Origin: an uncultured Planctomycetaceae bacterium | GTDB lineage: Bacteria > Planctomycetota > Planctomycetia > Pirellulales > UBA1268 | Assembly: GCA_963923225.1 (NCBI GenBank) | Contig: CAWUOA010000002.1 | Span: forward strand, 1-34,290 | DNA: 34,290 nucleotides | Direction: 5' to 3' | Shown: positions 17,561 to 25,959 of the stretch, in pieces | Numbering within the stretch: the stretch's first letter is position 1 | How the letters are laid out: each line of letters opens with the position of its first letter | The notes under the pieces: generated by a model | Seen by the model: the letters and a program-made list of their open reading frames with translations, nothing else | Database searches by the model: none | Told to the model about the DNA's origin: nothing | Translations under genes and position numbers: made by a program

Positions 17561-19002
17561 ACACCCGCGCCCTCGAAGCGATCGGCGTTCCCGCCGCGCA
17601 TGTACGACTGGCCAAGCAACTCGTCGCCGAGGCACGGGCCGCGGGGATCGAGCGGAATCGTGTGCGGCCCGAGCTCGAGGCGGTCCTCGCCGATCCCGCC
17701 GCCCATCTGGCCCACCCGGCGTTCGGCCGCCTGGCGCGTGCGATGGCCGCCCCGGCGGCCGACGGACCGTCGGAGGCGAGCGAACCGCGCGAGCCCGCCC
17801 CCTGGGCGCGGTGGGGCGACGAGATCGAGGAGAACGCGCTCGAGCAGATGCGTCAGGCGATGCGGCTCCCCGTCGCCGTGGCCGGGGCGCTCATGCCCGA
17901 TGCCCACGTCGGCTACGGTCTGCCGATCGGCGGCGTGCTGGCCGCGGAGAACGCGGTGATCCCCTATGCCGTCGGCGTCGACATCGCCTGCCGGATGAAG
18001 CTCTCGGTGTTCGACGCCCCGGCCGAGTGGGTCTCGTCGCGACCGGACAAGCTCGCCGACGCGCTCGAGAACGAGACCCGCTTCGGGATCGCGGCCGCCT
18101 TCGGCGCCCCCGGCGACCCCCGCCGTGCCCGCCACCGCCATCACGACGTCCTCGACGACGACTGGAGCGTCTCGCCGGTGACGCGGGGGAGCCTCGACCG
18201 GGCCCGCGCGCAGCTGGGCACCAGCGGCAGCGGCAATCATTTCGTGGAGTTCGGCACGCTTCACGTCGACGCGGCGCAGGCCGGGGCCCTCGGTCTGGCC
18301 GGCGCCGGCACCTTCCTCGCCCTCCTCTCCCACTCGGGCTCGCGCGGCACCGGCGCCGCCGTCTGCGCCCACTACTCGAAGCTGGCGATGCGCCGGCACG
18401 GCGATCTCCCGCCGGCGCTGTCCCGACTCGCCTGGCTGTCGCTCGACGACGAGGAGGGGCGCGAGTACTGGGCGGCGATGGAGCTCATGGGAAAGTACGC
18501 CGCCGCGAACCACGCCGTCATCCACCGCCACGTGGCCGCGGCGCTGGGACTGGAGTCGATCCTCTCGATCGAGAACCACCACAACTTCGCCTGGGAGGAG
18601 ACGCACGACGTCGGCGGGGTCGCCCGGCGCGTGATCGTCCACCGCAAGGGGGCGACGCCGGCCGGGGCCGGGGCGCTGGGGATCATCCCCGGGTCGATGG
18701 CCACCCCCGGCTTCGTCGTCCGCGGCCGCGGCGTGGCCGCCGCGCTCCATTCCGCGAGCCATGGCGCCGGCCGGCGGATGAGCCGCACGCAGGCCCGGGA
18801 GACCTACCGCTGGGCGCAGGTCCGCGACTATCTCGAGCACCGCGACGTCCGGCTGCTCAGCGCCGGCATCGACGAGGTGCCGCACGCCTACAAGGACATT
18901 CACGGCGTGATGGCGGCGCAAGCGGAGCTCGTGGAGACCCTCGGCCGCTTCGAGCCGCGCGTCGTGAAGATGGCCCCCGAGGGGGAGAAACCCGAGGACT
19001 GA
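17557..19002 (+). CDS. rtcB: RtcB-family RNA 3'-phosphate ligase with an N-terminal extension of about 60 aa
   Basis: ATG 17557 (ATGA overlap with the kdpD stop). Motifs MPDAHVGYG, GVDIACRM, GSGNHF, HNFAW, HRKGAT, PGSM and SASHGAGR (guanylylated His region) are all present. Confidence 0.9.
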   Translation: MNTRALEAIGVPAAHVRLAKQLVAEARAAGIERNRVRPELEAVLADPAAHLAHPAFGRLARAMAAPAADGPSEASEPREPAPWARWGDEIEENALEQMRQAMRLPVAVAGALMPDAHVGYGLPIGGVLAAENAVIPYAVGVDIACRMKLSVFDAPAEWVSSRPDKLADALENETRFGIAAAFGAPGDPRRARHRHHDVLDDDWSVSPVTRGSLDRARAQLGTSGSGNHFVEFGTLHVDAAQAGALGLAGAGTFLALLSHSGSRGTGAAVCAHYSKLAMRRHGDLPPALSRLAWLSLDDEEGREYWAAMELMGKYAAANHAVIHRHVAAALGLESILSIENHHNFAWEETHDVGGVARRVIVHRKGATPAGAGALGIIPGSMATPGFVVRGRGVAAALHSASHGAGRRMSRTQARETYRWAQVRDYLEHRDVRLLSAGIDEVPHAYKDIHGVMAAQAELVETLGRFEPRVVKMAPEGEKPED

Positions 19003-19069
19003 TGCAGCCGTCGCCCGATCGGCCCGCCTACACTGTCTCGGCATCCCGACTCGCCCCGGCTTCACCGTC

Positions 19070-19729
19070 ATGATCCGCCAGCTGATCCTCGTGCCCACCG
19101 ACATGGAGCGGCGGGCCCTCGCCGCGCGGCTCGACGGCCGCCTCCCCGACGACGCCCGCATGGAGCTCTGCGGCTTCGGCCTCGTCGCCGCCGCCGCGCG
19201 GGCCGCGGGCCTCGTCGCGGCGCTGCGTCCCGAGCGGGTGATCCTCGCGGGGATCGCCGGGCGGTACGGGGACTCGATCGCGCTCGGCGGGGCCGCGATC
19301 GTCGAACGCGTCGCCTGCCACGGCATCGGCGTGGGATCGGGCGCGGCCTTCGTGCCCGCGGCGCGGCTCGGCTGGCCGCAGTGGCCGGGCGACCCGGCCG
19401 ATCCCCGCGTCGCCATCGGAGACGACCTCGCCTGCTCCGTTCCCCGCGGCCACCGGCTCCTCCGCGTTCCGCTCGCGCTCTCCGTCGCCGCCGCGAGTGC
19501 CGATCCCGCCGAGGCCGCGCTGCGGCGGGCGACGTTTCCCGAGGCGGTCTGCGAGGAGATGGAGGGCTTCGGCGTGGCCGTCGCCTGCCGGCTCACCGAG
19601 GTGCCGCTGACGATCCTCCGCGGCATCTCCAACGACGCGGGGGACCGCGACCACGCCCGCTGGCGGACGCACGACGCCCTCGCCTCCGCGGCCGATCTCC
19701 TCGTCCGCATCGTGGAGGGGGTCCGATGA
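19070..19729 (+). CDS. mqnB: futalosine hydrolase / nucleosidase (PNP_UDP_1 fold)
   Basis: 219 aa, MIRQLILVPTDMERRAL...VILAGIAGRY...VCEEMEGFGVAVAC...LRGISNDAGDRD. Nucleosidase-fold motifs. Translationally coupled (ATGA 19726-19729) to mqnD. Confidence 0.7.
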   Translation: MIRQLILVPTDMERRALAARLDGRLPDDARMELCGFGLVAAAARAAGLVAALRPERVILAGIAGRYGDSIALGGAAIVERVACHGIGVGSGAAFVPAARLGWPQWPGDPADPRVAIGDDLACSVPRGHRLLRVPLALSVAAASADPAEAALRRATFPEAVCEEMEGFGVAVACRLTEVPLTILRGISNDAGDRDHARWRTHDALASAADLLVRIVEGVR

Positions 19730-20562
19730 CGCGACCGATCCGCCTGGCCATCTCCACCTGCCCCAACGACACCTTCGCCTTCCATGCGATCCTCGCCCGC
19801 GAGGTCGATTGGCGCGGACTCGACTTCCGGGTCGAGCTGCTCGACATCGACGAGCTCAACGGCCGACTCCTCGCAGGCGCCGCCGACGTCTGCAAGGCGA
19901 GCTTTCACGCGGCGCTGACCGTGGCCGAGCGCGTCGTCGTCCTCCCCTCGGGCTCGGCCCTCGGGTTCGGCGTCGGCCCGCTGCTCCTGGCGGCCGAGCC
20001 GGACACGACCCCGCGCGATTCCGGCCAGCTCACGCTCTGCCCCGGGCGGCTGACCACCGCGGCCCTGCTCTTCTCCCTCTTCCATCCCGGCACGACGCGC
20101 GTCGAGCAGACGGTCTTCTCGGCGATCATGCCCAGGCTCCGCGAGCGCTCGGCCGACTTCGGCGTCTGCATCCACGAGGGGCGATTCACCTGGGGCCAGC
20201 AGGGGCTCGTGCTCGTGGAGGATCTCGGGCTCCGCTGGGAGAACGAGACCTCGAGCCCGCTGCCGCTGGGGGGGATCGTCGCCGACGCTCGGCTCCCCGC
20301 CGACACCCTCCATGCCGTAGAGGAGGTGATCCGCGACTCGATCGCCTGGGCGCTCGCCCACCCCGCGCGGACCCTGCCCACGATGCGCCGCCACGCGCAG
20401 GAGTTCGACGACCGGGTGCTCATGCAGCACGTCGAACTGTACGTGAACGACTGGACGATCGATCTCGGCGAGGTCGGCAGACGGGCCCTCGACGAGCTTT
20501 CCGCCCGCGCCGCCGCCGCGGGCCTGGGAGACGGCTCCCGGCTGGCCGTCTTTTCCGGATGA
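19726..20562 (+). CDS. mqnD: 1,4-dihydroxy-6-naphthoate synthase (futalosine pathway)
   Basis: MTRPIRLAISTCPNDTFAFHAILAREVDWRGLDFRVELLDIDELNGRLLAGAADVCKASFHA... matches the characteristic MqnD N-terminus (SxCPNDTF...DIexLN...K.S). Confidence 0.8.
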   Translation: MTRPIRLAISTCPNDTFAFHAILAREVDWRGLDFRVELLDIDELNGRLLAGAADVCKASFHAALTVAERVVVLPSGSALGFGVGPLLLAAEPDTTPRDSGQLTLCPGRLTTAALLFSLFHPGTTRVEQTVFSAIMPRLRERSADFGVCIHEGRFTWGQQGLVLVEDLGLRWENETSSPLPLGGIVADARLPADTLHAVEEVIRDSIAWALAHPARTLPTMRRHAQEFDDRVLMQHVELYVNDWTIDLGEVGRRALDELSARAAAAGLGDGSRLAVFSG

Positions 20563-20650
20563 ACGGCCTCCGGCGGGTGGCCTCCGCGGTCCTCACGGCG
20601 TACAATCCCCCCGAACGGGGATGCCGCCCCAGCCATCACGGAGCCCAGCC

Positions 20651-22036
20651 ATGCCGAGCCGGACCGAGCGACCGGCCGCACGGGGCGACCATCGGGCGGC
20701 GCACTGGCGGTGGCGGACGCGGATGCTCGCGCTGGAGATCAACTCCGCCTGGTGGCTCGACCATTTCCTGGTGCCGGTCTTCCTCCTCGGCATCGTCGGA
20801 GCCTTCTCCCTCCTCTGGGTGCGCACGCGCCGCGTCGATCTGCTCCCCGCCGCGTGGGCGGGGATCGCGCTGGCGGCCCTGATCGCCGCGATCGTCTCCT
20901 GGATGTCGGCCCGGCGGCGTTTCGAGTCGATCGAATCGGCGCGCGTGCTCCTCGAGGATCGGCTGGGCCTCGATGCCCGTCTCTCCGCGGCGGAGGCGGG
21001 CGTGGGGGAGTGGCCGCCGATCGCCGCCGGCACGGACCTCTCCTGGCCGGTGCGGATCCGCGCGGGCCGTCCGCTCCTCCACGCCTCCCTCGCCGCCGCC
21101 ATGCTCGCCGCGGGAGCGCTGGTGCCCGTCACCGACGCGGACGCCGCCCGGTCCCTGCCGGATCGCCCCCCGCCGGACGCCGAAGCGGTGTCGCGGTGGG
21201 TCGAGGAGATGCGCGAGGCGAAGGCCGTCGACGAGGATGCCGCCGCCGATCTTTCCGACCGTGTCGCCGAGCTCCTCGCCAGGCCCCGCGACCGCTGGTA
21301 CGAGCATTCCGGGCTCGAGGCGGCGGCCCATCTCCGAGAGCAGACGGCGGCCGACATCGCGGCGCTCGCCCGCGATCTGGCCGAGGCGGGCAGTGCCGCC
21401 GAGGCCCTCGCCGGCGGAAAACGCGGGGAGGCGCGGGACGCCGCCGCGCGCCGTCTGGCCGGGGCCGCTTCCCGTCTCGCGTCCGGGGGCCTGCGCCCCT
21501 CCGAGGCCACCGCGGCGGCACTCGCGACGAGCGGCCCGGAGGGCATCGCCGAGCTCTCGCCCGAGCGACTCGCGCGGCTGGCCGAGGCGCTCGCCGCCAA
21601 CCGCTCGGCTCTTCGCCAGGCGCTCCAACGGGCCGGAGCCTTCGACCTCGGAGCCTTCACCCCCGGAGAGCCCTGCCCCGAATGCGGGGCCGAGTGCAAA
21701 AGCGGCAAGCCCTGTGCGAAATGTGGAAGCCGAGGAGGGCGGGACGGCGGCCGCGGGGACGTCACCCGCGGGCCCGGTACCGCGCCGATGACGCTCGGCG
21801 CGGAAGGCGAGCTCGGCACCCGGCGGAGCGAGCGGGTGACCGCGCCGCTCGACGTGGAGCGCGGTGCGGCCGGTGAGCTTCTGGAAGTGGTCGACGGCGA
21901 CGAGCCGGTGAACGAGGAATGGGCCGGCCCGGTCGATGGCGGCACCGCGGTGGATGGAGACGGGGGGGGTGCCGTGCGGGTCGACGACCTCGCGCCGCGC
22001 GAACGGGCCACCCTCCGCCGCTACTTCAAAGAGTGA
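20651..22036 (+). CDS. hypothetical membrane protein: 2 TM, Ala/Glu/Arg-rich helical region, Cys-cluster (zinc-ribbon-like)
   Basis: ORF 20621..22036; start ambiguous (ATG 20621, 20651 or 20723). TM segments FLVPVFLLGIVGAFSLLWV and AWAGIALAALIAAIVSWM. A third hydrophobic stretch LLHASLAAAMLAAGALVPV. CPECGAECKSGKPCAKCG at 21674-21724. No family recognised. Confidence 0.6.
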   Translation: MPSRTERPAARGDHRAAHWRWRTRMLALEINSAWWLDHFLVPVFLLGIVGAFSLLWVRTRRVDLLPAAWAGIALAALIAAIVSWMSARRRFESIESARVLLEDRLGLDARLSAAEAGVGEWPPIAAGTDLSWPVRIRAGRPLLHASLAAAMLAAGALVPVTDADAARSLPDRPPPDAEAVSRWVEEMREAKAVDEDAAADLSDRVAELLARPRDRWYEHSGLEAAAHLREQTAADIAALARDLAEAGSAAEALAGGKRGEARDAAARRLAGAASRLASGGLRPSEATAAALATSGPEGIAELSPERLARLAEALAANRSALRQALQRAGAFDLGAFTPGEPCPECGAECKSGKPCAKCGSRGGRDGGRGDVTRGPGTAPMTLGAEGELGTRRSERVTAPLDVERGAAGELLEVVDGDEPVNEEWAGPVDGGTAVDGDGGGAVRVDDLAPRERATLRRYFKE

Positions 22037-22091
22037 CCCGGCCGACGACCGGCCTGGAAAGACTCGCAAAACGCGATCGGGGGATCCCCTC

Positions 22092-23162
22092 ATGACGACC
22101 GGCTCGGGCGAACGGCACCAGACACCGGGCGCGCCCCGGCTCCCCGCGCTCGACGACGACGAGGCCCGGCTCGCCGCCGGCGCGATCGGCCGGCTCACCG
22201 AGACGCTGCGAACGGTGCTCTTCGGGCAGGACCGGATGGTGGAGACCGTCGTCACCGGGATCCTCGCCCGCGGCCACGTGCTTCTCGAGGGGCTCCCGGG
22301 CCTCGGCAAGACGGAGCTCGTGAAGGGTCTGTCACGCGCGCTCGACCTGACGAGCAAGCGGGTGCAGTTCACCCCCGACCTCCTCCCCGGCGACGTGACC
22401 GGGAATCCGGTCCTCGAGGAGACCGATGGCCGGCGCACGTTCCGCTTCCAGCCCGGTCCGGTGTTCGCCAACCTCCTCCTGGCGGACGAGATCAATCGGG
22501 CCTCGCCGAAGACCCAGTCGGCGCTCCTCGAGGCGATGCAGGAGCGGAGCGTGACGGTGATGGGGCAGACGCACGCCCTCCCCCGACCGTTCGTCGTCCT
22601 CGCCACGCAGAACCCGATCGAGCTCGAGGGCACCTATCCGCTCCCCGAGGCGCAGCTCGACCGGTTCCTCTTCAAGATCGACGTTCCCCCCGCCGACGAG
22701 GCGACGCTCGAGCGAATCGTCCTGGAGCGGGAGATCGGCCTGCCCCCCGACGTGCCCCGGGTGATGGATGCCGCGGCGCTCGAGCGCCTCCAGGAACAGG
22801 TCCGGCGCGTGTTCCTCCCGCAGCCGGTGGCGGCCTACGTCGCCCGGCTCGTGGCGGCCACGACCCCCGGCACGCCCACCGGCGCCGGACTCCGCTTCGG
22901 GGCGAGCCCCCGCGCCGCACTGGCGCTGGCGGCGGCCGCCCGCGCCCGGGCGCTGTGCCAGGGGCGCATCAACGCCGGCTACGACGACGTCCGCGCGGCC
23001 GCCCTGCCGGTCCTCAGGCACCGCGTCCTTCTCGACTACGGAGCACGGCTCGAGGGGCTCACCCCCGACCGCATCGTCGCCCGCCTCCTCGAGGCCGTGC
23101 CGGCGCACGACAAGGAGCTCCCCTCGACGCTGGCCGCCGCGAAGGTCCGGGGGCGCGCATGA
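22092..23162 (+). CDS. MoxR-family AAA+ ATPase
   Basis: ATG 22092. Walker A LEGLPGLGKTEL, Walker B LLLADEINRASPKTQSALLEAMQE, then VLATQNPIELEGTYPLPEAQLDRF. This is the canonical MoxR signature. Confidence 0.9.
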   Translation: MTTGSGERHQTPGAPRLPALDDDEARLAAGAIGRLTETLRTVLFGQDRMVETVVTGILARGHVLLEGLPGLGKTELVKGLSRALDLTSKRVQFTPDLLPGDVTGNPVLEETDGRRTFRFQPGPVFANLLLADEINRASPKTQSALLEAMQERSVTVMGQTHALPRPFVVLATQNPIELEGTYPLPEAQLDRFLFKIDVPPADEATLERIVLEREIGLPPDVPRVMDAAALERLQEQVRRVFLPQPVAAYVARLVAATTPGTPTGAGLRFGASPRAALALAAAARARALCQGRINAGYDDVRAAALPVLRHRVLLDYGARLEGLTPDRIVARLLEAVPAHDKELPSTLAAAKVRGRA

Positions 23163-24991
23163 TCGGACCGCCGTGCCGCCGCGCGATCGCCGCGCTTTTC
23201 GTGCTGGCGGCGGCCCGTTGCGCCGCGCCGGCGGCGGCGTGGGCGGCGCCCAAGGCCCCGTCGATGACCGAGTCGGTCGTCGTCTTCACCGACCGCGAGT
23301 CGCGTCTGTCGATCGAGGCCACCGGCTGGCTCGGTCTGGCGGACATCGCGTCCGACGGCGACCGCGGAGCGGTCCCGGTCACGATCCGCATCGTCAACGG
23401 CAGCGACCACGACGTGACGGTGGCGGTCGAGCCGAGAGCCGGTACCGTCACGGCCGTCCTGCCGTCGGTCGTGATCGCGGCGCCTGCCGGCTCGACGACG
23501 ACGGAGACGGTCCACGTCGAGGCGATGCCCAGCGCCGGCGGTCGGTTGGGATCGATCTCCGGCGCGTTCGTCGGCAGCCTCCGCGCGGCCCATTCGGGCG
23601 GCGGATCCCGCCACGTCGTCGAGCTTTCCGTGGGCGAGACGTACGTGTCGGCGGCTCCCGGTGCTCCCTCGTCCGGGATTCCGCGGATGGCGGCGACGGC
23701 GACGGCGCTCGAGCGGCTCGCGTCCGCCATCGGCGACGGCGACGCGCCGCGTCTATCGACCCTGGACACGATCGACCTCGCGGCGGCGCCGGAGGACTGG
23801 CGCGGCTGGTCGGCGCTGCGGGAGGTGGTGATCTCAGACGATGAATGGGAACGGCTGCCGGCCGTGACGCGGCAGGCGATGTTCCAGTGGCTGGCGCTCG
23901 GCGGGGTGCTGCGCGTCGTCGCCGAGGATCTCGATCCCGCCCGGCTGGACCGGATCGGTCTGCCGGAGCCGGGTGCCGACGACGTCCGACGCGTCGGCGC
24001 CGGCGAGGTGATTCCCATACCCCTCGACGACGTCTCTTTGAGACACGTCGTCTCACAGGGGTGGTTCGTTGATGGCGGCGACGGCTGGCGGGATCCGCGG
24101 CCGCTCCATCCCTGGCTGCCGGACGCTCTCGCGGCGGCGGGAGGCTTCTCGGCGCGCACGTTTCCCCTCAACGCGATCCTCGCGTTCCTGGTGCTCTTCG
24201 CGCTCGCGGCAGGCCCGGCGAACGTCATCCTCGCGGCCCGCGGAGGGAGACCGGCACGGGTCTTCTGGACGACGCCCCTGCTGTCGCTCGCCGCCGCCGC
24301 GGTCCTCACCGCCATCATGCTCCTCGGCGACGGAGTGGGCGGGGCGGGCGTGCGGCGCACGCTGTGCCTCATCGACCCGGCCCGCTCGAGCGCGGGTGTG
24401 CTGCAGGAGCAGTTCTCTCGCACCGGCGTGCTCTTCGGCGGATCGTTCCCCGTCCGGGAGCGGAGCCGGATGCGGCCGGAGCCGACCATCGCCGGCGGTC
24501 TCTCTTCCACGAAGGGCGTCGTCGAAGGACGGCGGTTCACCGACGCCCCCGGCCAGAGGCGTGGCGACTGGTTCCGCAGCCGTTCCGACCAGGCCTTCTC
24601 GCTGGCCGCGATCCGCCCCCACCGCGGCCGACTGGATTGGAGCGGCGGGGAATCGCCGGCGATCGAGTCGAGCATCGACGCCGCGATCGACCGGGTGATC
24701 GTGCGCGACGAGCGCGGCAGGCTGTGGCGGGGCGGCCAGACCGAGGCCGGCCGAACGACGGCGCTCGAACCGGCCACGGAGGACGAGCTCAACTCGATGC
24801 TCGCGACGCTCGCCCCGGATCAGACCGGCGCCGTCGCCGTGGCCGTCGCCCGGCTCCGCGACGCCCCCGGCCTCGCCTGGGCGGAGGCGGCGTCCCCCGC
24901 ACGCCTCGCCATCGCCACGCACGGCGCCATCCGCTGGCGCGACGACCGCGCCTGGTTCGTCATCCCGGTGGGACGGAGGGACCAGCCGTGA
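23159..24991 (+). CDS. hypothetical exported/membrane protein (signal peptide plus two central TM helices), no recognisable family
   Basis: ATG 23159 overlaps the MoxR stop (ATGA). Signal-like MIGPPCRRAIAALFVLAAARCAAPAAAWA. TM pair FPLNAILAFLVLFALAAGPANVIL and TTPLLSLAAAAVLTAIMLLG. Normal composition and high GC3. Confidence 0.7.
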   Translation: MIGPPCRRAIAALFVLAAARCAAPAAAWAAPKAPSMTESVVVFTDRESRLSIEATGWLGLADIASDGDRGAVPVTIRIVNGSDHDVTVAVEPRAGTVTAVLPSVVIAAPAGSTTTETVHVEAMPSAGGRLGSISGAFVGSLRAAHSGGGSRHVVELSVGETYVSAAPGAPSSGIPRMAATATALERLASAIGDGDAPRLSTLDTIDLAAAPEDWRGWSALREVVISDDEWERLPAVTRQAMFQWLALGGVLRVVAEDLDPARLDRIGLPEPGADDVRRVGAGEVIPIPLDDVSLRHVVSQGWFVDGGDGWRDPRPLHPWLPDALAAAGGFSARTFPLNAILAFLVLFALAAGPANVILAARGGRPARVFWTTPLLSLAAAAVLTAIMLLGDGVGGAGVRRTLCLIDPARSSAGVLQEQFSRTGVLFGGSFPVRERSRMRPEPTIAGGLSSTKGVVEGRRFTDAPGQRRGDWFRSRSDQAFSLAAIRPHRGRLDWSGGESPAIESSIDAAIDRVIVRDERGRLWRGGQTEAGRTTALEPATEDELNSMLATLAPDQTGAVAVAVARLRDAPGLAWAEAASPARLAIATHGAIRWRDDRAWFVIPVGRRDQP

Positions 24992-25005
24992 GCGGATCCT
25001 GTCCG

Positions 25006-25959
25006 ATGATCGAGGTCAGTGGCCTCCACCGGTGGTTCGGCCCGGTCCACGCCGTGCGCGATCTCTCCTTCAAAGTCCCCCACGGCGCCGTCGTCGGCTT
25101 CATCGGCGCCAACGGCGCCGGCAAGACGACCACGATGCGGATCATCGCCACGCTCGACGAGCCGACCTCCGGTCGGGTCCGAGTCGACGGCCACGACGTC
25201 GTCGAGGAGCCCTCCGCGGTGCGCCGCATCGTCGGCTGGATGCCCGACAGCCTCGGCACGTACGACACGATGACCGTTCTCGAGTACCTCGACTTCTTCG
25301 CGCGTGCCTACGGGCTGGGCGGGGCCCGCCGCCGGGCCCGGGTGGAGGAGGTGATCGACTTCGCCGATCTCGGTCCGCTCGCCGACCGGCAGATGGCGAA
25401 GCTCTCCAAGGGCATGGCGCAGCGGCTCTGCTTCGGGCGGATGCTCGTCCCCGATCCCGGGCTGCTGATCCTCGACGAGCCGGCCGCCGGCCTCGACCCC
25501 AAGGCCCGCCTGGAGTTCAAGAACCTGGTCCGCCTGCTCGCCGGCCGTGGCAAGACGATTCTCGTGTCGAGCCACATCCTCAGCGAGCTCGGCGAGATGT
25601 GCGACGAGCTCGTGTTCATCGACTCGGGGAGTCTCGTCTTCCAGGGCCACGCCGACGAGCTGCGGCACGGCGTGCCGACGGCCGGATCGCCCGGATCGGC
25701 CGACGCCGTCTCCACCGTCGTGGTCTCGGTCGCCGGCGATCCGGCCCCGCTCCATGCATGGGCGGCGGAGCGGCCCGGCTGGCGGCTGCTCGAGAAACGG
25801 CGCGACGGTGCGAAGGTCGAGGTGCCAGGCGGCGACCCGGCCGCGGTCGCGCTGGCACTGCGGCGCCTGGTGGAAGGGGGCATCGAGGTGACGGAGTTCC
25901 GCCGCGAAGGGCGGCTCCTGGAGGAGGCCTTCGTCGACATGGTGGGGCGGAACCGATGA
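25006..25959 (+). CDS. ABC transporter ATP-binding protein (ABC-2/CcmA-like, with a C-terminal extension)
   Basis: MIEVSGLHRWFG... Walker A GANGAGKTT, signature LSKGMAQR, Walker B LLILDEP, H-loop VSSHIL. Alternative start GTG 24988 would overlap the upstream stop (GTGA 24988-24991). Confidence 0.9.
   Translation: MIEVSGLHRWFGPVHAVRDLSFKVPHGAVVGFIGANGAGKTTTMRIIATLDEPTSGRVRVDGHDVVEEPSAVRRIVGWMPDSLGTYDTMTVLEYLDFFARAYGLGGARRRARVEEVIDFADLGPLADRQMAKLSKGMAQRLCFGRMLVPDPGLLILDEPAAGLDPKARLEFKNLVRLLAGRGKTILVSSHILSELGEMCDELVFIDSGSLVFQGHADELRHGVPTAGSPGSADAVSTVVVSVAGDPAPLHAWAAERPGWRLLEKRRDGAKVEVPGGDPAAVALALRRLVEGGIEVTEFRREGRLLEEAFVDMVGRNR

Noticed and set aside
11221-19002. Very long + strand ORFs 11221..14994 (1257 aa), 13143..15578 (811 aa) and 15040..19002 (1320 aa)
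   Set aside because: Each is a real gene (kdpB, kdpC, rtcB) with a spurious 5' extension that runs out of frame through the preceding gene. The real starts are the ATGs that overlap the upstream stops.
16174-20430. A 1418-aa uninterrupted minus-strand ORF spanning the antisense of kdpD, rtcB, mqnB and mqnD, including the intergenic gap
   Set aside because: The product is Arg/Ala/Ser/Pro/Gly-rich low complexity with no motif. The sense strand encodes four genes with strong family signatures. Stop-poor antisense frames are expected in very GC-rich DNA.
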